Shown: positions 12,038-25,350 of the stretch, one piece after another
How the letters are laid out: every line of letters starts with the position of its first letter
How positions within the stretch are numbered: position 1 is the stretch's first letter
Origin: Octopus bimaculoides
Lineage: Eukaryota
NCBI RefSeq assembly: GCF_001194135.2
Contig: NC_068983.1
Coordinates: 136,659,606-136,723,605 of the forward strand
Direction: 5' to 3'
Length of the DNA stretch: 64,000 nt
Notes under the pieces: generated by a model
The model's database searches: none
Told to the model about the DNA's origin: nothing
Seen by the model: the letters and a program-made list of their open reading frames with translations, nothing else
Program-made: the position numbers and the translations under genes

Positions 12038-12319
12038 CATGTGCATATATGTATTTTGTTTGCCTTTACTGTTTATGTGCCCTTGTTAGCTGATGTTTGT
12101 TTATTTAATTATTAATTTACTTTAGCTATTGCCCCTCTCCTCACTTCTGGTTTATCTCCAACCAACCAACAAACAATTACATTTTTTTCTTTTAGGTTTT
12201 AGTAATTGTTGATGCTAAGCGTTTTAAAAAATTCTTTTGCAGAATATTATCTCTTGAAAAGTTTTGTATTGTTTGGAAGCTGCTTTGTATGCAAAAGTTT
12301 GTGTCAATAAATAGTTTGC

Positions 12320-12490
12320 TTACTGTGTGTATTTGGAGTAGCTGAAAAAGCTGAGTGTTGGATTAAATGGCTTGCATTTAGTTGGTATATTTCTGTGTAT
12401 TCTGAGTTCAAATCCTGTTATGCTCAACTTTGCTGTTCATCCCTTGGCATGGGGTAGGGTTGATAAAGGAATACCAGTTATTTTGGAGAA
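12320..12490 (+). mobile_element. Diverged tRNA-derived SINE
   Basis: ttctgagttcaaatcc...caactttgc...ttcatcc..., matching the reverse of 39880-40090. Confidence 0.55.
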
Positions 12491-12666
12491 CATTTTAAAT
12501 CAATTATAATACACTCCTATAAATTTCTATGTCACAATGTGAGAAATCAATATATATTATTTCAGTTATCTTGTTTGTCTCTGTTTTCATGTATATTTGT
12601 ATGTATATGTCGATGTGTGTGTGAGTGTATATGGGTATGTGTGTGTGTGTATGTGCACATTTGTGA

Positions 12667-12736
<70 letters not shown>

Positions 12737-13349
12737 ATACATGTGTGTGTGTTTGTGTGTGTAAATATACATGTATATGTGTGTGTGTGTTGCAGGTTCA
12801 AATTGTTTTCTATACAGTGCTCACATGTATGTATACACACTGCAAAACTCCTTATTAGCAATGAAGATATACGCCAGGTTGTGCTGTTTCTGTTTTATGA
12901 TTTTAACTTAGGCTCATAGCAACATGTAATCACAACAGATCCTTGACTGATGCAATTTGGTGTCCAGTAAGGTGGACTGATACAATTTGTCGATTCTTTT
13001 CTGAGATGGTCTAGAATAAAGTGCAGAAACATAATGGAATGCTTGTAGTGTATTTGAATTCATGTTCCATGAATAGGTAGTTCAATGCTTTAGCTATGTG
13101 GTTGTGTGCCCTTATATGTGTACTTTTAAACTTGCTTTTGTCTATGGTTGATGAAATTAGACACCATTTGTTAGTTCATGAAAGTTAAACTATGCTTTAT
13201 GTTAAAGTAAATTCTGCCCTACTAAATTTATTTGTATTTAAGTGAGCTAAATTTGAGAGTTATATCTGGACTCAACAATCTGCTTTTAACAGGTATGAAC
13301 CACCAACCTCTTGTTTGGATGTTTGAAAACTTCCATGTTCTCTCAGCTG

Positions 13350-13394
<45 letters not shown>

Positions 13395-14350
13395 NNNNNN
13401 NNNNACAATGTTGAGATTTGATACTTGATAATAGTACAACAAAAAAGGCATGCTGAGAGGCTTGCCTTCATAGAAAATATATATATGTATAACACACCAG
13501 AGACCATTATAGTTATTTATTCTAAATAAGAATACCATATTAGAGTTTATCAAATTATGAATGTTATCATAATCAATGTAGACGTTTAAAACTTATATAC
13601 CATTTATATTCACTTTAGTTTTATTTTATAACAGTATTACCTATTATGATGATAATAATATTAAATACTACATGTGTTTTAAATGGCTTCTATGACTATA
13701 CTATAATGCAGTTGTTTCAGATACAACACGGGTTTTCAAATCAAGTCACTTCATAAGCAAATACAATTTGTGAGCATAACTGTATGTGCACAGATAGACA
13801 TATACTTAGCATACACATACACAGGGAGATAAATCCCTCAGATGATTACCTGAGTTATCTCCCCATCTCGCATACCTAGTTGTAATTATTTGTTTTCTCT
13901 TAAAATTATCATATGTTGTTAGTGTATCTGATGAGTGAATTGTGGAGTTATGACTATCTCACAAAATTTTTTGTAGTTTATCTTGTTAATTGTGTGTGTA
14001 TTAAATAAGTACCCTTAATTATGAGGATATGGTATCTTTGAATCAAAAAGTATTCAGTGGGTTTAACAACAGTGTATAGTAGTTGATTTTAGTGGTTGGT
14101 TGGAACGTGCAAGCTTGCAAGATGTTCCATCTGAAGATTAGCCCAGTTGTACCAGATATCATAGAGTATGAAATGCTAACTTTGTCATTTATTCATTTAC
14201 ATGCATTTATATAGATATAAACTATCCAAAGCTGAGACACTGGAACAGATGTGTCCTTGTGACCTGTTAGATCCTGTCAAGACATATAGCCTATGCCAGA
14301 GCAGGCATAAAAATGATGATGAATATTTATATATATATATATATATTATA

Positions 14351-15122
14351 CAGAGTGCAGTGAACAAACTGTCGTACAAATTACACAAAAATAACACTAA
14401 CAGATATATTTACGAAAATTGCGTAAAAATATGTTGAAATACTGAAGAGTAAATTTATTCAATAAAATCGCCATTAGCTTCAACCTTGGCCTCCAGATGA
14501 CTTTGGAATCTCCTGCAACTCTTCTGGACAGTCTCCTTGTTTAAGTTGGTGAATGTTGCCGTAATCCTTGCCTTCAGTTCATCTTTGGTATTACAAGGAG
14601 TTTTGTTGGTCTCTCGCTCAACTGTGCCCCACACATAATAATCAAGGGTGTTGCAGTCAGGGGAGTTAGGTGGCCAGATATTAGGGATGATATGGTTGCA
14701 GAAATTGTCTGACAGCCATGACTGGGTTCTCCTGCTTGTGTGGCATGGTGCCACACCACCCTCTTGACCCAGGACAGCACTACCTCCTCCAGGCACTTGA
14801 TGTAGGCCTCCGTGTTGAGTCTGAGGTCGTGTGGGAAGATGAATGGAGGCATAATGTCACCATCACTAGTGATCACTTCAAACACCATGATGTTCACTGG
14901 ATGTTTGATTTTTATCACTCTTGGTACATATCCTCAGATTGACACCCAAACATGTTATTTCCAAATTCCTGGCAGAGTGATTTGCGTCATGGTACTGTTT
15001 TTTCTCACAGGCAGTGCCCAACTGACCCTGCTATACGGTATAGTTGACAAAATCAAAAACAAACAATGTGTACATGAGAAATTAAAAATATAAAATGGCA
15101 ACAATTTATCCATCATGCCCTG
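14351..15122 (-). mobile_element. Tc1/mariner maT-type (DD37D) transposon, internally deleted
   Basis: KHPVNIMVF..ITSDGDIMPPFIFP and APCHTSRRTQSWL..WPPNSPDCNTLDYYVWG, with spacing consistent with DD37D. Degenerate TIRs (cagagtgcagtgaacaaactgtcg vs the reverse of caacaatttatccatcatgccctg), flanked by TA. Confidence 0.9.
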
Positions 15123-16689
15123 TATGTATGTATGTATGTATATATATGTGTGTGTGTGTATGTATGTATGTATTCATGCAGTTATTTATTGATTCATTTT
15201 TCTTGATCAAATGCATTCAATGCAGGTTTAATTTTATAAGTTTGGAGAAGAGGATTGGAAATTGGAATTCCAATAATTTATGTCTTTCTCTAAGAACATT
15301 AGTGACATGTGATGTATGATATCTAAAGCCAGGAACATTAACTAAGTCACAGGCCACTGGAACCTCTGTATTTGTCTGAGCTCCTAGATTAGCTGCAAAA
15401 TCTCTCTTGGATCAAAACTTTATTGTGTTAAGAAAAAAGAACAAAACAAATGGATACACTGAATAAAGTAGTCCTAAACACATTGAATAAAAAACAGTTT
15501 AGTCATAACTCAAATGCCTTTGATCATAAGAAAGACTCTATCAGTGTTAACTCAAGGGTTAAGTAATAACAACTAGATCACTGACTCAATTTTTGCCCTA
15601 AGTTTCTCTTCTATGATTTTGCCAGTAAGTGGCCAACCTATACTTTCACAAGTGTATGTACTAAAACACATGTGCATTAGACATATGTGCAATGAACTGG
15701 TTAGTGTTTCAAAAGCTAAATTTATTTCACTCTGACTCAAACAGATCTTCATTCTGACTGCAAATGTCCAACTATTATTTTAATAGGTTATCATTTTTTG
15801 TTGGTCTGTTTTTCATTTTATTTGAGATCCTGGTAGAATTGTGCATGATAACTTGTTTACCTTACCCATATATGTAATGTCACTTTTAAATGATGTTGTG
15901 AACTGCATGGAGTTTGCTGCCACTGTTTTTAAGTATCTATTTTTTCTTTTACATGTCAATCTGCCTCTATTGCATATCTCTCTTTCTGTCTTTCTCGTTC
16001 TCTCTCTCTCTCTCTTTTCTTTCTTTCTCTCTCTCTTATTGTTAGACATCTTATTTAGTAAAGTGTAAATATTTTATAGGGAGTTAGTGATTATATCCTT
16101 TGGGGTATAATTAATTTAACTCCTTCCTACAACATGTAGGGTTATGTATACCAGCTGTCCATTATCAAACATGAATAATTACTTCAATTTGAGAAAACTA
16201 ATAGGGTGTCAGTGACATCAGCATGAATTATTTTCCCATTACACCAGCATTCTACATGCACATACACATACATGTTTGTATTTGTAATCTCATATTTATT
16301 TATCATAAAATCTAATAGTAAAGTATTTTGAGAGAGTTGCTTTCATTATTTTGTTTTGATTTTTTTTCCTGTTTAGTTTAGTAATATTTGTGCATACAGC
16401 ATGTTCTGAGTTGTAGTTAGCTACTGTATGAATGTTAATGAAAAATGTACCATTTTGTTTTAGCAGTTCTCAGAATTCTGATATAAATGTATAATTTAGT
16501 AACCTCTACAGAGAAGTTTTCTCCCCTATAAATATACCTAAAGAAACTTGATGTTGTATAGTAGTTTAAATAATGTTCTTACTAACTGAAACTGTTTTAT
16601 ATCTTTAAGGCAAAGTAATATATTTTGGAGAAATATTAAAATTTCTCTTCCCAAAATCAATTGTTTCTCTCTCCCTCCCACTCTCTCTT

Positions 16690-16752
<63 letters not shown>

Positions 16753-18189
16753 CTCTCTATCTATCTCTTGCCTTTAATTTATTAATATCTAGATATATTT
16801 TGTCATATTTCTGAATTAGATTTTGTCTACTGTGTCTTAATTGATGACATGGTTACTGTTATTTCCATGTGGCCTCTCATATATTAAGTAATAAATTCTA
16901 TATTATTATGATTGAATCCAATATCAAGGGTTTTCTTTCATGTTCCAATAAGTATTTTTGAGATAACTGTTCCCAGTGTTGACCCCAGATAATGTGTATT
17001 TATTTTTATGTGTCAGCATAGGTGACTATATAATGTTTCTATATGTGATGGGGAGAGAGTGAGTGTGTGTGGTACATACAAATACACACACACACATATA
17101 CATTATGTATGTATATATATATATATATATATATATAAGCATTGGTGCTAGTGTACCACATAAACAGCACCCACCACACTGTAATGCGGTTATCGTTAGG
17201 AAGGCCATACTGCCATAGAAACCATGCCAGAACTGACAATGGAGCCTGATGCCACTCCCGGCCTTACCAGCTCCTATCAAACCATCCAACCCATGCCAGC
17301 ATGAAAAGTTACCATTGGTTTTTCACATCCACTATTGCACCTGACAACGTAGACAATTAATCAAACCTGCTGGCAGGAAGCACATAGCTTTTTTATTAAT
17401 GGAAGTAAAAAATACTATGTTGATCAGTTTGTAGGGAATAAACCCTAGAATGTAAAAAAAAAACATTCTGAGAGGGACAGATTTATCTTCACTTGAATGA
17501 TATCAGTTGTGTCTGAAATGGGTCAGTTTGTTTCTATCTTTTCAATCACTAGGCTCTAAACAGGGAAAACCATGATTTTTTGTCATGAGAAATTTCACTT
17601 TTTGAATTCAAGAAGGCACCCAGATTGTGCAAATTTTTGAGAATAATTGTCCTCTTCACAAAGCAAAGTTTGCACTATCTACTTCCATTGAGCATCCTGC
17701 CTTTGTGCAGGGCTCTGGCACATTCACTAATATCTTTTTTACAGTAGGCACACAGCTGAACTAAACTCTTAAGTTATGTCCATTGAATAATCTTTTATAC
17801 CTATGGATCTGTGTGAAATATTTATCTACTAAACTAAGGAAAGTACTTCCCACACAGGTTTTGACATTGAGTGAGAAAAATGGACCAGCCAAAGGAGTCT
17901 ATGGTGGTACTTTAGTTTTGTGGGTCTTAGGTCAGAGCATATAGGTGATATTGTCTTTAAACCTGCCAGCTACTGAAGCGTCATTGTAATAGCAGGCTGT
18001 TATGTCAAGAAAGTTTTATTTGAGAAGAGATTCGAATTTTTGACACAGCCATCCCCTATGTATGTACACACATACATATATATGTTTAAAAATATACAAT
18101 ATATATACTCTCTCTCTCATGCACACACACACACACACACAAACAAACAATATACACATTGTTGAATGGTCGTTTACTACTCATGAGTT

Positions 18190-19085
18190 CCTCCACCCTT
18201 TGATGGGTCTTATTTTTCATCCCACAGGTGTCCAACAATCACACTCCTTACCAAGCAAATTCAGTGAGGTAGCCAGTTTAGTTGCTGATGATGTGACCAT
18301 ATGACATGTTGTACTGGGTTACCAGTAGTGTTCAAGAAAATTCTTGGGATAAACTGGACAATGGCGATCAGTGATGTAGAGGTACTTGAGAGTTGTAGTA
18401 GTAGTGTAAAATCAATCATTCTGCAAAGTCGTTTGAGATGGGGTGGACACCTGGTGGTGAGAATGAATGATAAAAGACTACCTAAGCAACGTTTGTATGG
18501 TGAACTGAAATATTGTAAAAGGCCAGCACATAAACCCAAAATGAGGTTTAAAGACTGCCTTAAAACTGCTTTGACAGAAACAGGAATTTCAGATGTTGAT
18601 TGGGAGAGAGAAGCACAAGTCCAGAATAGATGGAGGGAAAGAGTGCACAGTGGTTGCTCAAAGTTTGAAAGATCAGGAGAGAGCTTAGAAAGAATGAACC
18701 AGTAGAAAATGAAGGAGTTTTAATTTTCACGTGTGTGATTTGTAGGAGGCAATGCTTAAGTCGTGCATGTCTGGTCAGCCATCATTGAAGCCACAGGAAT
18801 TGATCCCTTGCAAATTATGATACAGCTATTGTTGACAACAGAGCATATGCAACTTGTGGAAAGGTGTGCTGTTTGGTTGGAGAATTAAAAATACATGTCA
18901 AAAGATTTCATACTGTGGAACTGGGTTTTTTTCTGCCAGCCAACACAACCGTGCATTATGCAATAAAATGTGCAAATCTTTGGCAGGGTTCACGAGTCAT
19001 ATAAGGGCCTCACATTCCAATATCAATTACTCATTTCAATGATTCTTTCTAGCAATGGCTTTGCTCATATACAAGAGAGCAACCA
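18190..19085 (+). mobile_element. RTE (BovB-like) LINE 3' fragment
   Basis: QSRLRWGGHLVVRMNDKRLPKQRLYGEL...RPAHKPKMRFKDCLK, followed by decayed C2H2-like motifs (CNKMCKSLAGFTSHIRASH). Confidence 0.85.
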
Positions 19086-19339
19086 GTATATGTGTATGTG
19101 TGTGTGTGTGTGTGTGTAATTATGTATGTATGCATGCATAAAATGAAGAGAGAGAGAGAGAGGCTTTCACACAGTTTCTGTCTATCAAATTATGTGTATA
19201 TGTGTGTGAGAGTATAAATATGTGAATGTGTATATATGTTTATATATATGCATATATATATATGTGTGTATATATATATCATGATGATGATATATATATA
19301 TTCACATATGGATGTATATGTATGTGTGTAAGTATATGT

Positions 19340-19780
19340 GTGTGTTTATTGAAGGAGAAGTTGGACATAAGAGGAATTGTATGCAGTATAGAGGAGGCTG
19401 TGCTGGTTTGGTCATGTGATGTGGATGGATGAGTGCAGTTGCATAAAGAAGTGCCTATCAGAGATGACAGAGGACCAAGATATGTGGTGCATTGCTGTAC
19501 TTGAGAAGACCCACCTATCACAACATAATTGAGATCCTACAATCAAAGTTCCACATAAAAAGCACTGGTGCTGGTGCCACTTAAAAAGCACCTGTGATGG
19601 AGCTACATAAAAAGCACCCAAAACACTGTGTAGAGTGGTTGGCATTAGGAAGGGCATCCAGTTATAAAAACCAAGCCAAAACAGACTATGGAACCTGGTG
19701 CAGCTCCTTACCAGTCCCTGTCAAGCCACTCAACCCATGCAAATATGGAAAACAGACATTAAATGACAATGATGATGATA
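19340..19780 (+). mobile_element. RTE-family 3' coding remnant + tail
   Basis: LKEKLDIRGI..C..W..HV-like remnant, then the recurrent tail ending in atgatgatg. Confidence 0.65.
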
Positions 19781-20419
19781 TTGAGATAGATGTATATTTG
19801 TTTAATTCTTTTCCTAAGCATATTTTTATTTCTCTATAAGTTGCTAATTAAAATTAATCTATACATCACAAGTGGAATCCATTTTATTTTTTTCTTTATA
19901 GTTAGTTAACCACTGGGTTTATCACATCTGATGATCATTTATTTATATATAAATCAAAATACCTTCAAGTTATAATAATAATAGAAACACAGTTCTATGT
20001 TAGAATATCTGTCTGTAGTGCTATTTAAAGAATTACATTTCATGCTTGGAAGAAAGCAACACAAAGTTGTTTTCTTATGACAACTAGTTTTTTTCTATTT
20101 TCACCTAATGATTAAATATCAGTTATTTATCTATCTCATTTTAATATGGTTGAATGACTAATTTATTCTCTTTCCTTCTTTTACCAATATCATATCACTT
20201 TAATATGTATTTCTGTATGTTATGTACATTCTGTAAAATAGTTGGTTTTAGTAAGGGCACCCAGCCACAGAGACCATTTCCAGAAATGGAGCTTATATGT
20301 GAAACCCATTTAGGATGGCAGTAACTCTGAAACTGATTCAAACCAAGACGATCTGTCCAATACATTCCAACATGTAAAAATGATGTAAATGATGATGAGT
20401 GTATTTGTATAATCATATA

Positions 20420-20720
20420 TGTGGCACATAAAAAACACCATTCAAGCGTGGCCAATGCCAGTGCTGCCTGAATGGCATGCGTGCCAGTGACACGTAAAAA
20501 GCACCATTTGAGCATGGCCGATGCCAGTGTCGCCTGATTGGCTCCCATGCCAGTGGCACATAAAAAACACCCACTACACTCTCAAAGTGTTTGGTGTTAG
20601 GAAGGGCATCCAGATGTAGAAACCTTGCCAAATCAGATTGGAACCTGGTGCAGCCTCCCAGCTTGCCAGTTTTCAGTCAAACCATTAAAGTGAACATTAA
20701 ATGACAATGATGATGATGAT
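20420..20720 (+). mobile_element. 66-bp module array + RTE-type tail
   Basis: Same family as 2128-2454. Confidence 0.75.
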
Positions 20721-21749
20721 ACAAGACCTATCTCACTTGATATATGTATGTCTTTACCAGTCAAATAGCAAGTTGGACTATTTTTAACAATTTATTGGTT
20801 GTGATGTGCCGAACACAGCCTTCAACCCTTTCATTGATAACATAAGTGCTAGATAGTGAAATAATAGATTCAAAATTTGGTTTTCTTCCAGAACAGTAAA
20901 GAATATGAATGTGTATGTGTTTGTATAAAAGCAAGGCATCAAATATTAATCTGTTTTTGCTTGTCCTAAAATATATCAGAATGGTGAATTGGTAGTCTAT
21001 TAATCTATATTAATAATAACTATTAATTCTCTGTCATTCAATTCAATTAGTCACTGGAGAGAGATAACAAAGAAACCAAGAAATATTGGCAGACCAGTGA
21101 ATTGTAATTAAAAAATATAATTGTCTCATGTGTGTGTTACATCTGAAAACTTGACAACTTTATCAAGTACATGTTGTTTCTTACTGACTTAACTTTATAT
21201 TATCTTTCCTTTTACTTGTTTAGTCTCATTATATTGAGGCTATGAAGGGACACCACCTTGAAGGCTTTAGTTGAACAAATTGACCCCTGCCCTTTTTTTT
21301 AAAGCCTGGTACTTATTCTATCAGTCTCTTTTTGCTAAACTCCTTCCTGTGACATAAACAAACCAGCACCAGTTGTCAAGTGGTGGTGGGGGCGTAAAAC
21401 ACACACATGGGTATATGTATATATATGGCACTTCATTGGCGACTGTGTATATAGTCACTCAAACATCTGCAAATGTTCCCTTGTTATTCTTCTACCCACT
21501 TTATCCAAGTAATATACTAATGGGGAATTTAACTCAATGTTTTAAGCTAATGAGATCCTTGTCAATTTTATATTGCTCTAATTTCCTATAATTGTGAGGT
21601 CTGATATACTGGTATCTTTTATGGCTAGAAGCTAGGCCTCTGAGGGTTTAAACCAAGTAAGATTTGAATGATACTCAAGCATACTGTTGGCTCAGCTAAA
21701 TGCAACTTGTAGTAATTTAATGTGTGTGTGTGTATGTTGAAATCAGTTT

Positions 21750-23150
21750 ACATCCATTTTTCCACATTTGTATGGGTTGGCTGGGTCTTCTCCAACATAG
21801 TGTTTCATCATTTGCTGCTATCCTTTGTCTTCTCCTTCAGGAAGTTCAGTCTCCTGAAATCTGTTTTCACTACTTCCCATACCTTGTTTGGTTTTCCTTT
21901 TCTATTGTTCCTTCCACTTGGATTGTTTAGGCCTTCTTTACCAATATGCCATCCCCGTTCCAGCTCAATCTTTTGCCTTGCATATTACATCTGATTGCAG
22001 TTATACCTAATTTTTCCCACAGCTCATTTGTGCTTTGTTTTTCTTAAACACTAACATTACACATCAAGTTAAGCATGCTAATTTTATTTCTTTCCTACCT
22101 TCATATGTCCTCTGCATTGAATACTCAATTTTACTATCAGGCAGCATTACATTTCTTACATATACATCAGTCCATCTGCCCTTAACTTGGAAAAATAATC
22201 CTTTTCAGCTCCTTAAACTTTTTTCAACTCATTCTTGCTCTAGTTACTATATTTTCAGAATGCCTTCTCCATTGTTAAATAGTTCACTTAGGTAATGAAG
22301 ACTATCAACTACTTCAGGGAATCCCTCTGAGTGTTTATATCATGGATACTCTTACTGCTGAGTATTCCACTTTTGTTTATCTGCTGCTTACATATTCCTG
22401 TATTCTCGTTGTGCTTCTTGCTCACCTCTAATTTACTTTGGATTAACAATATAGAATTCATACCTATACCTTTTCTTCATATCAAGCATGCACACTTCCT
22501 AGATGTTTGTAGAGACTTGAGTTTCTTGCTAAATCAAAATGTTTGTCTTTTTTCAGTTTACTTTAAAACCTCTCATTTGGAATTTTTTGTCAAATTCTTC
22601 AACAGATTCAGCTATAAGATTTGGGTCATTGGTTTACAAAAATTCCCAAGGACAGCCAGTCCTAAACTTCTCTACCATATCATGGAAAAACTATATTGAA
22701 GCAGTGGAAGATCAGAACTGAGTCTGATGGACACCAACCTGCTTTCCAAATCTCTTGTCAACTCTCACTTTGCTGTACAGCTTTCACAACCTGTTCGTCT
22801 ATGCTTAATTTTCTTAGCAGCCCTCAGGCTACAGAACATTATACTTTGTTAAAAGGTTTCTCCAGCTCAGTTACTGCTAGAGGCTTGCCCTTTGCTGAGA
22901 ACTTCTTTAATTATCTCACTAGGAAGAAGCATCATTTGTACCCCCATCCTAATATAAATCCAGACTTCATCTCATCTAACTTAATTCCTTTCTAGATTAG
23001 CTGCATTATAACTCAGTCTGTTACTTAACATTGTCAGTCAGTTTGAGACCTCTGTAGTTACTTCTCTTTTGTCCTTTGAAGAATTGATGATGATGATGAT
23101 GATACTGCAATATCAGTCACTGGAATGTCTCCTCCCTTGTTCAACTGAGT
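21750..23150 (-). mobile_element. Degenerate RTE LINE (RT domain to 3' end)
   Basis: The minus strand gives QVGVHQ, FRTGCPWEFL*TNDPNLIAESVEE (decayed WELLYADDLVLIAES) and a GKPNKVWEVVKTDFRRL-type C-terminus. Confidence 0.75.
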
Positions 23151-24170
23151 AATGCATGTCCTAAAACATCTCAGTCATTATCTGTGATGATGTAGTTATT
23201 GCTTTCACACCCTTAATGGCCTTTTCAGTTATACAGTAATCTTTTATGCTAGCATTTCTATGCCTTCTTCTCAGCACCAGTGAAGATGAGTGAGCCACTT
23301 TCAATGCATATATATATTTCCCCAATAGAATCCAAATTCATACTGTGATTAATAGATCTGATAAACTGTTTAACATTGAGAAATTTATAATTACATTGAT
23401 AGTAAATTCAGTTTATATTTACCTTGAACAGACAGTCACAAAAGCACTATTCAAGTATTAGTTCAATATCTCCAATCGGAATTTACTTCAATACCTTGTT
23501 GTGTGTTGAATTTATGCCTAAATAATGGCTTAATACAATGTACTTGAAGGAAAATAGAGCTCATCTTTAGCAGTTATTCATTTTTCCCATCTTTTACATT
23601 ATTATATTGCATTTGTTTTAAGATATGGTGAAGAAACTATTCCATCTTGATTATATACCTAAACTTTTGAAATTGTGGCTCTATCACATCAGAAATCATC
23701 ATTAGGCATCTTTAACTTGCCAGTGTTCTAGGGCTTTAATTCATACAGGAGACTTATTAAACAAAGTGACTTTAGAAGCTTTTTAAAAAAGAATATCATA
23801 TTCATCATTTAATTTCCATGTTCTATGGTGGCATGGGTTGGATGGATTGACAAGGATCTGATGAGTCCAAAGACTACCTCATNNNNNNNNNNCCCTGAAA
23901 CTAGTCTAGTCTGCAGATGCCAAACCAGCAGGGGGACACTGCTGACCTCCCCTGTTCGAAGGTTATAAAGGACACAGGTTCGTGTGTCACATAGCTAGCT
24001 AGAGGCGATGGCTTCTTGGAGCTAATTCACGGCAGCTTTCGTCCTAATTTTGGGACTGCCATGTTGGCTTGGCGATAACTATTAATATATATATATATAT
24101 ATATATATATGGCTGATTGGTGTTAAGAAGGGTATCAAGCTGTAGAAATATATATATATATATACACACA

Positions 24171-25350
24171 CAGGTTGTTCAGGTTAAATTTGACTGTTTG
24201 CACAAAAGTGAAAACAAAACACAATATCCCATCAAAAAATAAAAGTATTTTAGAAAAATTTTAAATATCAACTAGTTTATGGATGGGAAATAACAGTTTA
24301 CTTAAAGTAGCCACCTACAGCTTCCACCATGGCCTCGAGATGGTTCAGGAACTTGGCACATGTGTTTCTCATTGTGTCCCTGAGAATGTCTTTGAACACC
24401 TTGTTCTTGACCACCAGCTTGACTTTGATGTTGCAGGCAGTGTGGTTGGTATCTTTCTCAGCCTTGTCCCACACATAGTAATCCAATTGTAGAAGCAGGT
24501 TACAATCGTAGAAAGCAGAAGGCCAGAAATTGAGCTGGTGATGTTGTGGAAATTCTCCAACAGCTACATCTGGCTCTTTGTGGATTCACATAGCTATCTG
24601 AATTGAGCCTAAAGCCTTGTTCAAGGATGTGGGGCAGCATGATGCCACCCTCAATGGAGAAACATCCCAAAACCATCACAGTTTGAGGGAACTTGGTTTT
24701 CATGATATGTGGGATATCACATGGATTATAGGCAATCCACTTGTTTTGGGTGTTGTGCAACTGGTCCTGGCAGAAGTTCTTTTCATTTCAGAACTAGATT
24801 ATCCCCAGCTCAACAGGATGCCTCAGCTTGTTTAAGAGCTCCTTTGTCGTCATCAAACAATTCTGCTTGGTCTTGGCTGTCAGAATTTGTCTTTTGGGCC
24901 TCTTGTATGAGTGGTAGCAAAGATCCTCATTCAAGCCCACCTTCATGGTGGCAACTCCAACATCCATCTCTCTTTTACCAATGCCCAGATTCCCTTGCTC
25001 AGATCTTCCATCACTTTGTCCTGCAGTTGTTGGATGAATCCTGGCATGTAGATGCAGTCAGAATGTCTGCTGTGTCCCTCTCATCCTGCTGGGCACAGCT
25101 TCATAGTTTCCATTACAGTTATCGATGTCATGTCTTACAACCTTTACTTTGTTCACAGACATTGAGCATTAGATATGACGTTGGCATTTTGATACCCAGC
25201 GTGAATCATGATACAGGTAACTCTTTTCCAATATTTAGATGGATTCCAGTCCTCCATGTCATCTAACTTTTTCTCAACTATAACTTTAATCTCTATGTTC
25301 TCCATCGCCGTTGACATAAAACAATCATCGAATTTAGCCCAAACACCTTG
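24171..25350 (-). mobile_element. Near full-length, degenerate maT-type Tc1/mariner
   Basis: TIRs caggttgttcaggttaaatttgac and catcgaatttagcccaaacaccttg. Remnants PSKYWKRVTCIMIHAG, KFPQTVMVLGCFSIEGGIM and DYYVWDKAEKDTN...LEAMVEAVGGYF. Confidence 0.85.

Noticed and set aside
10163-13553. Many 60-146 aa ORFs rich in H/T/Y/I/C/V (also near 27400, 42300, 53700)
   Set aside because: Translations of (CA)n, (TA)n and (TG)n microsatellites; not coding.
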